Shown here: positions 27,900 through 36,148 of the stretch, piece after piece
Layout of the letters: every line of letters starts with the position of its first letter
Position numbering within the stretch: the stretch's first letter is position 1
Assembly (NCBI GenBank): GCA_900313515.1
Contig: OMRK01000035.1
Coordinates: forward strand, 1-36,148
Direction: 5' to 3'
Source: an uncultured bacterium
GTDB taxonomy: Bacteria > Vulcanimicrobiota > Xenobia > Xenobiales > Xenobiaceae
Length of the DNA: 36,148 bases
Notes under the pieces: model-generated
Told to the model about the DNA's origin: nothing
Databases searched by the model: none
The model's input: the letters and a program-made list of their open reading frames with translations, nothing else
Made by a program: the position numbers and the translations under genes

Positions 27900-28439
27900 C
27901 TACTTTAGCTTTAGAGGCAGACCGGCTGCAGTAAAATAGACCTGATCGGCCAGCTGAGCCGTCAACTGATTGAGTCGGCCATGCTGATCACGGAAGAGCC
28001 TGACGGATGGCTCAGCAGGTACAATTCCCAATCCCAGTTCATTGGAGACGATAACAACATGAAACGGCAGTTGTTTCAATACCTGCAAAAATTCACGGAC
28101 TTCAGAAAACTGCCCCAAGACGTCGTCGCTGTTGTTTTTGCAACCAGCCTTATAGGTTAGGTTACCAAGCCAGGTGGTAAGACAATCGATCACAACAACT
28201 TTAGTAGATGGCGGTATAGAGAGCAGAGCTTGCCCCAAATTGTAGGGTTCCTCCAGGGTATAGAATCGGCCTTCTCGCTTTTCCCTGTGTTTTTGGATAC
28301 GTTCTCGCATCTCATGATCACAGGCCACTCCGGCGGCCAGATAACAACGTTCCTCGGGTCTAGAAGCTAAAGACATAGCATAGTTTTCGGCCCAAGTACT
28401 CTTGCCACTACGGGCTCCACCTAACACCAGCGTAATCAT
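27900..28439 (-). CDS. cobU: Bifunctional adenosylcobinamide kinase / cobinamide-phosphate guanylyltransferase
   Basis: 'LVLGGARSGKS..AE', 'IDCLTTWLGN', 'VSNELGLGIVP', 'FRD..GRLNQ' and 'AGLPL'. Confidence 0.96.
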   Translation of the reverse strand: MITLVLGGARSGKSTWAENYAMSLASRPEERCYLAAGVACDHEMRERIQKHREKREGRFYTLEEPYNLGQALLSIPPSTKVVVIDCLTTWLGNLTYKAGCKNNSDDVLGQFSEVREFLQVLKQLPFHVVIVSNELGLGIVPAEPSVRLFRDQHGRLNQLTAQLADQVYFTAAGLPLKLK

Positions 28440-29218
28440 ATTATTCCCTTCAAAGCCCTTTTTAAACTGCAGCTAGATTCAAACCAATCTTTCCAAGAAA
28501 AAACTTCCAAAGTAACAATAGGTTCCCCCTGACATAATATCAAATTCTTGACAAACTCGTGGAGATCTGCCCCATTTTCAGGTTGCAGAGCTATGTGATC
28601 TTTTCCTGAAGATACGCCATGCAGATGGAACACTCGTGCCTGGGCAACGCATTCACGAAGATATGAGCTCGAAAAACGGCGGGTAGCCCAGGCATGTCCC
28701 ACATCAAAGCAACGCGAAAGCCCAAGCTCTTCAACATGCGGTGCTATAAGCCGGTAATCGTAGCTCAAGTTCTCCACGCAGAGTAGCTCAGATGCAACTA
28801 GATGACATTTCAGAAAAGACTCAGCTATCTCTAAAGTACAAGTTAACCAGCGCTCTAAATCAGCAGAAGGCTGCCACCCCCACTGTTCTCCTTCCCAGTG
28901 CCAAATATAGGCCTTGGGTTCTAAAGCAAGAGAAGCCTCTATAGTGCGCCTCCAACGGTCAATTGCCGCCCTCCCCCATTCAAGGTCCACACGATGCGGT
29001 CCCAATTCAGATGGCAGATGCACCGTGTAAGTTAAATCGTAATTAGCGGCCAATTCCTTAAGTTCTGCTATTTCACCCGGACCGGGATAGTTAGAATCTT
29101 TATCAAACTCGTAAAGGATAAGCTCTATATCATCGACATAGGGCGCCAAACGCCTTACATTGTCAACAAGACTAGTGTTGTAAGTGCAACTGACCGCACC
29201 AATTCTGACCTTTTTCAT
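28436..29218 (-). CDS. cbiR: Cobamide remodelling phosphodiesterase CbiR (AP-endonuclease-2/TIM-barrel family)
   Basis: 'NVRRLAPYVDDIELILYE', 'YTVHLP', 'VENL', 'CFDVGH', 'HLHG...DH' and 'TLEVF'. Translationally coupled between cobT and cobU. Confidence 0.75.
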   Translation of the reverse strand: MKKVRIGAVSCTYNTSLVDNVRRLAPYVDDIELILYEFDKDSNYPGPGEIAELKELAANYDLTYTVHLPSELGPHRVDLEWGRAAIDRWRRTIEASLALEPKAYIWHWEGEQWGWQPSADLERWLTCTLEIAESFLKCHLVASELLCVENLSYDYRLIAPHVEELGLSRCFDVGHAWATRRFSSSYLRECVAQARVFHLHGVSSGKDHIALQPENGADLHEFVKNLILCQGEPIVTLEVFSWKDWFESSCSLKRALKGII

Positions 29219-30318
29219 TATAAGCCAGAGGACTCACCATGCTTGGCCCCTAAAATACAACCAGCCACATCTCCCAAGCCCTCCTCCTGGCAATCGGTAA
29301 CTTCATTGAAGATATCCAAAGCTTCTTGGATCAAAGGCCACGCTAAAATAGCTCCAGAGCCCTCTCCCAGACACAAGCCCAAATTCAAGATGGGACGCAA
29401 GCCCAAGTATTCCAACTGCAAGCGGTGAGCAGGCTCATTCGACTGGTGAGCAGCAATCAGGTACTGACGAATTTTAGAATCGATAAGATCGGCAACCAAG
29501 ACGGCAGCAGTCACAATGACGCCATCCAAAATAATCGCCATTCCTCGACCAGCTGCTTCTAAAACTCCGCCGGCAATCAGAGCCAATTCGGCCCCACCAG
29601 CGTTGGCCATAAGATCTATAGGATCTTCAACTGCCTGACTGCGAGCCACAATACGTCCCACCACCGCCCGCTTATTGACCAGCGCCTGCGCCCCCAGCCC
29701 CGTGCCTTCACCAACCACTGCCTCTGGCGCTAAGTGCAGAATAAGGCTCGTTAGAGCCGCCGCAGGAGTAGTGTTGGAGATACCCATTTCGCCAAAAATA
29801 ATCGCCTTGGCATTGTTTTCAGCATAGTGGGCAACCATATCACGACCATATTCGAAACAGCGCAGACACTGTTGGCGCGTCATCCCCGGCTCTACGCTTA
29901 TATCCTTGGTACCATGCACAACCTTGCAGTCTACGATTCCATCATTGGGATCAAAATCATGGTCGATTCCTACATCTACCACCACCAACGGCAGGCCCAA
30001 CTTGTGGGCAAAAAGACCGGCCACACCACCGGCGTGAGCCAGGCTGATGCTGTGTTTCCAAGTTACCGATCTGGGCGCAAAGCTAACTTTTTGGGCAAAA
30101 ACTCCATGATCACCCGCGCCAATTATGACCGGTGGCTTTCCCAAATTGGGATGCAACGTGTGCTGCATGCAAGCAATTCTGACCGCTATTTCCTCCAAGT
30201 ATCCCATAGAACGAGGTGGGATACTCTTCTGGTTGAGATGTTCCCAGCACTGAGTAGCAAAAAACTCATCAATAGGCTTAATATCCGTATAAGTAAAATC
30301 TATATTTGTTCTCCCCAT
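29218..30318 (-). CDS. cobT: Nicotinate-nucleotide--dimethylbenzimidazole phosphoribosyltransferase
   Basis: 'AGDHGV', 'VVDVG', 'GEMGISNTT', 'LDG' and 'LGLCLGEGSGA'. Start set at ATG 30318. Confidence 0.95.
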   Translation of the reverse strand: MGRTNIDFTYTDIKPIDEFFATQCWEHLNQKSIPPRSMGYLEEIAVRIACMQHTLHPNLGKPPVIIGAGDHGVFAQKVSFAPRSVTWKHSISLAHAGGVAGLFAHKLGLPLVVVDVGIDHDFDPNDGIVDCKVVHGTKDISVEPGMTRQQCLRCFEYGRDMVAHYAENNAKAIIFGEMGISNTTPAAALTSLILHLAPEAVVGEGTGLGAQALVNKRAVVGRIVARSQAVEDPIDLMANAGGAELALIAGGVLEAAGRGMAIILDGVIVTAAVLVADLIDSKIRQYLIAAHQSNEPAHRLQLEYLGLRPILNLGLCLGEGSGAILAWPLIQEALDIFNEVTDCQEEGLGDVAGCILGAKHGESSGL

Positions 30319-30403
30319 AGCCCCACCAAGACACAAAAAAGCAGCTCCCTCGACTTTTCATAAACAAAGCCCCTAAAGAGAACCGCTCTAAAACGGATTA
30401 TTC

Positions 30404-30694
30404 TTAAGTAAAATTAACAATTTTGTGATCTAAAATAATATCTATCATTTCCTCGGCCGTAACCAAATGGAACCCTTTCCCCTCTTTGGCCCCTAACCCC
30501 ATGGCCTCCGCTTCCTCTTTCAAGGCATAAACATCGTGATAAACATCATTTTTGGCAAACATCGCCACCGGCAACATGAGGCCGCGTCCAACCAAAAAAA
30601 CATCAGCCTCCGGTGAGAAATCCAGCATGCGGCGCGCTTCCACCACCGAATCACGCCCCACTACAAAAAGATCCTTATTATAACTCATAGCCAT
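30404..30694 (-). CDS. DsrH/TusB-like protein
   Basis: About 95 aa with 'VYALKEEAEAMGL' and 'VTAEEMIDII'. Third gene of a DsrE/F/H-like triplet. Confidence 0.65.
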   Translation of the reverse strand: MAMSYNKDLFVVGRDSVVEARRMLDFSPEADVFLVGRGLMLPVAMFAKNDVYHDVYALKEEAEAMGLGAKEGKGFHLVTAEEMIDIILDHKIVNFT

Positions 30695-30701
30695 TGTTCA
30701 C

Positions 30702-31070
30702 CTAAAGCCTCAAATGTATATCGGATTTTTTCATAAGCTCGGCCAAATCCTCGAGCGGGATAACAGCACAGCCTTCGAAGAGCTGTTCCTGGCTAAGACC
30801 GCGTATGTCTAAGCTGTACTTATCCGCCCAAAAGGCCACACCGAGACTCTTAGCATAAACCATGTAAGGCTCGGTTTCCTTGTTCAAGCACGCCGCCAAA
30901 CACTCGGTGACCCCATCGCCAATAAATACGATCTCCAGCTTATGTTCGGATAAGCCGCCGACCAAGCCGCAGGCCATGGTCAGAACTTCCAACAGGCTAT
31001 CTTTAGAAAAGTTGGCCCGGTTGACAAATAACAATACATCCTTCGAATAGCAGTCAGTGGGATAACTCAT
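30702..31070 (-). CDS. DsrF/TusC-like (DsrE family) protein
   Basis: 'IVFIGDGV' and 'DKYSLDIRGL...L..G'. ATGA overlap with the upstream gene. Confidence 0.75.
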   Translation of the reverse strand: MSYPTDCYSKDVLLFVNRANFSKDSLLEVLTMACGLVGGLSEHKLEIVFIGDGVTECLAACLNKETEPYMVYAKSLGVAFWADKYSLDIRGLSQEQLFEGCAVIPLEDLAELMKKSDIHLRL

Positions 31071-31420
31071 AAACACACCACCTGTTCCAACAGCCCTATC
31101 TGCCTGGCTATATCTTCATAGGTGACAACCTTAACCCCAGGGCAGACATCATTTAAGGTTATACCGCGCATCTCTAAGCATGAACTGCTAGCCACAAGCT
31201 TTGCCCCGGCCTGAGCCAAAGATTGCAGCTTCTGAGACAAATCGTTATCATCCGCGCCCGGATTCTTCTTGCGGCGCATGCATTGATAAACGCCATCTGC
31301 AGTGAAGAACACGGAAACCTCGTGCTGTTTCCCTAGAGCTGCCGCTGCCAAGAACTGCAAAGTTCTGGAACCAGCACTGGCACTCAGTGAACGTGTCACC
31401 ATAAAACCGAGCTTAGCCAC
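31067..31420 (-). CDS. DsrE/TusD-like protein
   Basis: 'HEVSVFFTADGVY' and 'SSSCLEMRGI'. Start reset to GTG 31420 (MAKLGFMVTRS). Confidence 0.8.
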   Translation of the reverse strand: MAKLGFMVTRSLSASAGSRTLQFLAAAALGKQHEVSVFFTADGVYQCMRRKKNPGADDNDLSQKLQSLAQAGAKLVASSSCLEMRGITLNDVCPGVKVVTYEDIARQIGLLEQVVCL

Positions 31421-31517
31421 TCTGCCACAAACCTCATTTCCTGTATTAAAGAGAAGACAACTTGGCGCAACTTCACCCTCTCCCAAACCAACGAAGCTGT
31501 ACCCATTCAATAAAACT

Positions 31518-32717
31518 TTAAGAATATTTCAACCGCACATACTTTTCAATGCGACTGATAAACTGTTTAGCTAGATCATCCCCCTCCAATGCCGCCTCAC
31601 GCTGTCCATCTACAAACAGCATAGCCTTGGGGGACTCTCCGCGGCCAGGCAGAGAAAGCCCCAAATTCGCATCCCTACTTTCGCCCGGCCCGTTGACAAT
31701 GCACCCCATAACTGCAACCTTTAGGCTTTCGTAACCATGCAACCCAGCCTCCTGCCACCTAGGTAAGCTCTCACGCAAATACTGCTCAACCTCTAAGGCA
31801 ATATTTTGGAAAAGCTGGCTAGAAGTGCGTCCGCAACCGGGGCAGGAAGTAACCGCGGGCATAAACTGGCGCAACCCCAAACTTTGAAGAATCTCCTGAG
31901 CAGCATAGACCTCCTGGGTACGGCTCTCCCCTGGCTTGGGGGTTAAAGAAACGCGGATGGTGTCGCCAATGCCCTCGTTGAGCAAAATGCCCAGAGCTAC
32001 AGCTGAGCTCACCGCACCCTTAAGTCCGCCGCCAGCCTCGGTTAGCCCCAAATGAAGGGCATAGTTACAACACTTACGCAGTCTACGGTAAACTTTCAAA
32101 AGATCAGGCACATTAGAGATCTTGGCCGACAAGACCATCTTATCAGGAGCCAGGCCGTAAGACTCGGCCGTACGTGCCGAAGATACAGCGCTCTCCACCA
32201 AAGCTTGCAGAAAGACTTCATGATCTTCGATGGGATGGTCGCTTGTTCGATTCTCATCCAAGAGATGTGCTAAAAGTTCCTTATCGATAGATCCAGCATT
32301 AACACCTATACGGACAGCCTTGCCAGCCTTAGCAATCAGCTCAACCATGGTCTTAAAATTGTCATCATGGTGCTGGCCAGCTCCCACATTGCCCGGATTT
32401 ATGCGCAACTTGTCGAGCGCCTCAAGACATGACGGATATCTACTCAAAAGCAGATGGCCATTGTAGTGAAAATCGCCTACTAAAGGTACCAGGCAACCTG
32501 CCTGACGTACTCTGTCGCGAATGTAAGGAACAGCCTGAGCATCCTCCTCGTCGCGCACAGTGAAACGCACTAGCTCGGAACCGGCTCGGGCCAACTGCAA
32601 CACCTGGGTAGCTGTCTCCTCCACATTGGCAGTACAAGTGTTGGTCATGCTCTGCACAGCCACAGGCGCACCGTTACCCAAAGTTAAGTTGCCAATTTTG
32701 ACCGCGTATGCACCCAT
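31518..32717 (-). CDS. ispG: (E)-4-hydroxy-3-methylbut-2-enyl-diphosphate synthase
   Basis: 'VQSMTNT', 'RINPGN', 'LHLGLTEAG', 'GIGDTIRVSLTP', 'SCPGCGRT' and 'AVMGCIVNGPGES'. Confidence 0.98.
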   Translation of the reverse strand: MGAYAVKIGNLTLGNGAPVAVQSMTNTCTANVEETATQVLQLARAGSELVRFTVRDEEDAQAVPYIRDRVRQAGCLVPLVGDFHYNGHLLLSRYPSCLEALDKLRINPGNVGAGQHHDDNFKTMVELIAKAGKAVRIGVNAGSIDKELLAHLLDENRTSDHPIEDHEVFLQALVESAVSSARTAESYGLAPDKMVLSAKISNVPDLLKVYRRLRKCCNYALHLGLTEAGGGLKGAVSSAVALGILLNEGIGDTIRVSLTPKPGESRTQEVYAAQEILQSLGLRQFMPAVTSCPGCGRTSSQLFQNIALEVEQYLRESLPRWQEAGLHGYESLKVAVMGCIVNGPGESRDANLGLSLPGRGESPKAMLFVDGQREAALEGDDLAKQFISRIEKYVRLKYS

Positions 32718-33104
32718 TTTATTGTTTCCCCACTTACCCGTGCCTTGACAGCATTTTCAAAATTCCTTTGTGTAGCGCCGCCATCCAGAAAGCCAATTGA
32801 AAGCACAGATTTAGGCTCTTTTCTCCAGTGCCGCGCACCACCAAGCCTGCACGCAGAAGAGGCCTAAAAAAAAGCCCGCCCTTACTTGCCTTACTCAGAA
32901 CGAACTCCGGTGCTACCCGCAAACTGGGAAGGCACAATCAGCCCAAAACCACCCTGAAGGCGCCACCCGCGTGCTTCTAGGAGAGATGGAGGCGCTCCTG
33001 CTCTAATATTGAGTAATTAACTTTACAAGATAGTAGCCACAATTCTTCGTTCCCTACCCAAGTAGCCACCTCTCCCAGTTTTAAGAGCTCCGAGCACCCC
33101 AAAC

Positions 33105-33133
33105 AAAAAAGCAGAGGGTGCTCACGCCTCTGC
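33105..33133 (-). terminator. Intrinsic terminator after the cyclophilin pair
   Basis: Minus strand reads GCAGAGG-CGTGAGCAC-CCTCTGC-TTTTTT. Confidence 0.7.
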
Positions 33134-33222
33134 CACAAAAAACTCAAGGCCAAGACTGGATCAGCCCACAAGACGAAAGACATGCAAGAGCCTTTCCAGC
33201 CTGCCGTACCTAGAAGGTACTT

Positions 33223-34158
33223 CTACTTCACTACGTAAGCTCTTTTTATCATGGTAGGCTGCTGATCGGCCGGCAGGCTACGCAGGTAAGCATCTCCTTT
33301 GCTGCCCAGCATACCTTGATCCAAACCCATATCCGGATCGCCCACCGAACGGAAGGCCTTGGCAACTTCCATTCCAGAAACTACTTTGCCAAAAGTGGAG
33401 AAGTTCTGAGTGCGCAAGAAATCGTTATCACCGTAATTTATAAAGACCTGGGTGGAATTAGTGTTAGGCCCTGCCTTGGCAAAAGCCAAAGTGCCCTCTC
33501 CCAAATGGAACAGACTGGGATCATCGTCAAAACACTTTTTACCCCAATCTTTTTTACCCTCACGCCAATTGATACCAAACTGAGCAACGAAGGGACGGGG
33601 CCGTGTTACCACACGGAAAATAGGAGTGTCGTCGTAGAAACCGATTTTAACCAACTCAACAAAACGCTCAGCAGCATTGGGGGCAGCCTCGGGATAGATC
33701 TCTATATCGATATTACCCGCTGTTGTCTCAAAACGAACTAAAGTAAACTTGGTGATAGCTGGAGCATTGCTATCAAAGGGAATAAGCGAACGATACTGGG
33801 CAGACATAGTGCCCTCCTTTTCTGTTTTTGTGTCTACTTGAGCAGCTTCACCTTTCTTAGCAGAAGCTACTTCCGCTTCATCGGCCTTCTTCTGGCTCTG
33901 TTCAGCCGCAGCCTGTTTTTCCTCAGCCTTACCGGTTTCCGACTTTGCAGCCTCGCCATCTTTAGCTTCCGGTTCCACAGTCGATTCGACCTTCGAGGCC
34001 TTGTTGGCCTCAGCCTCTGCATCGCTTCCAGCCTGAGTTTGCACTTGTTCCGACCGACCAGAAGTACCTTCGGCACCTTCCGGAGGCGCCGGCGGCTTGG
34101 CACAGGCGCTGGCCAATAGAACAACAGCTAGAGCAGTGACAGCAATAGATTTATTCAT
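33223..34158 (-). CDS. Cyclophilin-type peptidyl-prolyl isomerase, lipoprotein
   Basis: Lipobox 'LASAC', an Ala/Glu/Lys-rich linker, then 'FYDDTPIFRVV...FVAQFG' and 'LAFAKAGPNTNSTQVFIN...FGKVVSGM'. Start reset to ATG 34158. Confidence 0.92.
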   Translation of the reverse strand: MNKSIAVTALAVVLLASACAKPPAPPEGAEGTSGRSEQVQTQAGSDAEAEANKASKVESTVEPEAKDGEAAKSETGKAEEKQAAAEQSQKKADEAEVASAKKGEAAQVDTKTEKEGTMSAQYRSLIPFDSNAPAITKFTLVRFETTAGNIDIEIYPEAAPNAAERFVELVKIGFYDDTPIFRVVTRPRPFVAQFGINWREGKKDWGKKCFDDDPSLFHLGEGTLAFAKAGPNTNSTQVFINYGDNDFLRTQNFSTFGKVVSGMEVAKAFRSVGDPDMGLDQGMLGSKGDAYLRSLPADQQPTMIKRAYVVK

Positions 34159-34234
34159 GGTACTTTCTCCCATTCAAAATGACATGCTTTCAAATAAAAA
34201 CATTTTTGAACCGCCCCTATTTCCAGCCTCCTGC

Positions 34235-34975
34235 CTATTCGCCTTCAACAATTTCAGCCTTTAAAATCATGGTAGGCTGCATACTTTGCGGTAGCTGCTT
34301 GAGATAGGCCCCACCATTACTCCAAAGCACCTGCTGATTTAATCCCATGTTAGGGTCGCCAACCTGCTTAAAATTGTAGGCGTTTTCTAAACCTTTGGTG
34401 ATGACCCCAAAAGTTGAAAAAGTCTGCTCACGCAGGAAATCGTTATTGCCGTAGTTGATAAAAACTTGGGTAGAGTTGATATTAGGGCCGGCCTTGGCAA
34501 AGGCTAAAGTTCCCTCTCCCAAATGGAAAAGGCTAGGATCGTCGTTAAAATTCTTTTCCTTCCAGTCGACCATGCCCTCACGCCAATTGATGCCGAACTG
34601 AGCCACAAAGGGCCGCGGTGTTTTGACAACTCGGAATATAGGCGTATTATCGTAGAAACCTATTTTTACCAATTCCAAGAAACGCTCAGCAGCATTGGGA
34701 GCCGCCTCGGGATAGACTTCTATCTCCAATTCGCCAGCAGTAGTTTGAAAGCGCACCTTAACCACTTTGTTGAGGGTGGGAGCATTGGCCACATTGAACG
34801 GCATAAGATGACCATATTTAGGCTTTGGCGTTGCCTTTTTGACAGCCTGGGCCATCTGCCCGGTTAACTCCGGAGCATCTCCGACAGGCGCAGCCACCGC
34901 CACCTGTCCAACTCCCAGCATACCACCAACCCATACGGCCAAGCCTATGGCTAAGCCAGCAAAAGATTTATTCAT
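34235..34975 (-). CDS. Cyclophilin-type peptidyl-prolyl isomerase, Sec-exported
   Basis: Signal peptide ending 'AVA-A' and the same cyclophilin motifs as the neighbour. Confidence 0.92.
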   Translation of the reverse strand: MNKSFAGLAIGLAVWVGGMLGVGQVAVAAPVGDAPELTGQMAQAVKKATPKPKYGHLMPFNVANAPTLNKVVKVRFQTTAGELEIEVYPEAAPNAAERFLELVKIGFYDNTPIFRVVKTPRPFVAQFGINWREGMVDWKEKNFNDDPSLFHLGEGTLAFAKAGPNINSTQVFINYGNNDFLREQTFSTFGVITKGLENAYNFKQVGDPNMGLNQQVLWSNGGAYLKQLPQSMQPTMILKAEIVEGE

Positions 34976-35173
34976 TTAAGACCTATCCTCACTTCTTACC
35001 TGATCTTCCCCCTGCACTTAAACCTCAAACCCTTACTCTGTGTTCTTTACAACCACCAATAAGCGGTAATATCCAGCTCGTGCGGTAAGGCCAGACTTGC
35101 CCCAGCGACGCGTTGCCTACTGAAAAGTAACCTCAAGTCCGGGCAGCAAAAACACTCGAGCCTTTGCGATCTA

Positions 35174-35827
35174 TCAGCGACTACCCGGTACATTCTGAGC
35201 TGGTGGCAGCTCCCAGGCGTTCTTTATGTGTGACATATCGTTTAGGGAGATTATGGAAGGATACCCACCATCGTAACGGATACGCACCACTCCAGTGTTG
35301 CCCAGCTCCACGAGCCACTTCCGTTCTCGACTGGGAGGTCCAACAATATTCCAAATAATGGTTCTGATAATGCCACCGTGAGTGAAGGCTATCACCCGGC
35401 CTTCCTTTGGTTTTAAATCGCGCCTCCAAGCTTCGGCTCGATTGGTTACATCCTGAAGACTTTCTTGCGCACCTGGAAAGACATCTCGGTAGGGCTCGCT
35501 CCACCAAGCCTCAATCGCCTTTTGCTCCTGCGCTGAAAGTTCTGCCCACGTACGTCCTTCCACTATACCCATGGGAATTTCCCGAAGACGCGGATCGATA
35601 CGAACATTTTCAAACTTTACGTGCGGCAAGGCTAACTGGGCCGTTTCTAGACACCGGCTCAGATCCGAACTCCAAACCTCGGTAAAATCCACGCCACGCA
35701 GATTTTCCGCCAACGCCCGGGCCTGGGCTCGCCCTTCCTCGTTTAAGTGGATATCGGTATTGCCCTGCCAGCGCTTTTCCTTGTTCCAATCTGTCGATCC
35801 ATGACGCACATACCAAATTTCCAGCAT
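35174..35827 (-). CDS. Histidine phosphatase family protein (GpmB/CobC-like)
   Basis: 'VRHGSTDWN', 'SSDLSRC..TA', 'LREI..G..EG', 'ES' and 'THGG'. Confidence 0.92.
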   Translation of the reverse strand: MLEIWYVRHGSTDWNKEKRWQGNTDIHLNEEGRAQARALAENLRGVDFTEVWSSDLSRCLETAQLALPHVKFENVRIDPRLREIPMGIVEGRTWAELSAQEQKAIEAWWSEPYRDVFPGAQESLQDVTNRAEAWRRDLKPKEGRVIAFTHGGIIRTIIWNIVGPPSRERKWLVELGNTGVVRIRYDGGYPSIISLNDMSHIKNAWELPPAQNVPGSR

Positions 35828-36096
35828 ATCGAGCCGCTTTGCCAGGGGGTAGTACCAATCCTGCCAGCGCTAAAGATGTGGCCCGCGAAAGCGCTACAGC
35901 ACAGACTTCATCCGGAACAATTCCACCACCAAACAGATTTCATCAATGGAAAGCGCACATTTCCACCACTTACAAAGCACGTCACCTTTCCAAGAATAGA
36001 TACACTCAAGTGAATGTCCCATCCTTGCACCCCATTTGCCACTCAGCTTTAAGCGTCATACAGTCAAACGAAGCATTAATAATATTAAAAATATAA

Positions 36097-36139
36097 CTTA
36101 CATTTTGTAATATTTATGATATAATACTAACAAAGGAGG
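36097..36139 (+). promoter_or_regulatory. sigma70/sigmaA promoter with extended -10, plus RBS for a gene starting beyond the window
   Basis: CTTACA, a 17-nt spacer and TATAAT, with TG at the extended -10 position (TGATATAAT). AAAGGAGG follows at 36132-36139. Confidence 0.65.
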
Positions 36140-36148
36140 ATGGTTATA

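Noticed and set aside
32718-33100. Possible cobalamin riboswitch upstream of ispG-dsrEFH-cobT
   Set aside because: A hairpin (TGCCTT...AAGGCA) and a GGGAAGG are present, but the GGGAAGG is on the wrong strand, and the B12-box and core motifs were not found on the minus strand. An Infernal search with the Rfam cobalamin models would settle it.
35174-35827. Calling the histidine phosphatase cobC
   Set aside because: It is separated from the cob genes by six genes and a terminator, and the family motifs do not distinguish CobC from other members.

Overview
A mostly housekeeping bacterial chromosome segment, largely on the minus strand. It carries adk-map, the alpha ribosomal operon (rpmJ-rpsM-rpsK-rpsD-rpoA-rplQ, with no infA and no upstream secY), a split ECF transporter module (ecfA1 / GT4 glycosyltransferase / ecfA2 ... 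proC / ecfT / truA), a Hanks-type Ser/Thr kinase, an mlaE-mlaF-long mlaD operon, nth, TPR and DnaJ-TPR proteins, an RlmL-like THUMP methyltransferase, an ispG-dsrEFH-like-cobT-cbiR-cobU string, two tandem exported cyclophilins and a histidine phosphatase. ECF genes next to rplQ plus a long MlaD with a barrel-like tail suggest a diderm Terrabacteria lineage (inference only; Vulcanimicrobiota/Eremiobacterota is one possibility). The most unusual part is a ~3.5 kb island (about 1.9-5.4 kb) inside the ecf operon. It holds two signal-peptide-less glycine-zipper proteins, one with about 21 RTX-like repeats in a strict 11-residue period rather than the usual 9. The two genes share a non-sigma70 promoter-like motif (TTTAC-N14/15-CGTGA) at nearly the same distance from the ATG, a conserved 5'UTR hairpin next to the RBS, and a 3' hairpin-plus-terminator layout. 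A small AT-rich orphan gene lies between them on the opposite strand. No rRNA, tRNA, CRISPR array or IS element was recognised. All family assignments come from motif recognition by eye, not database searches.
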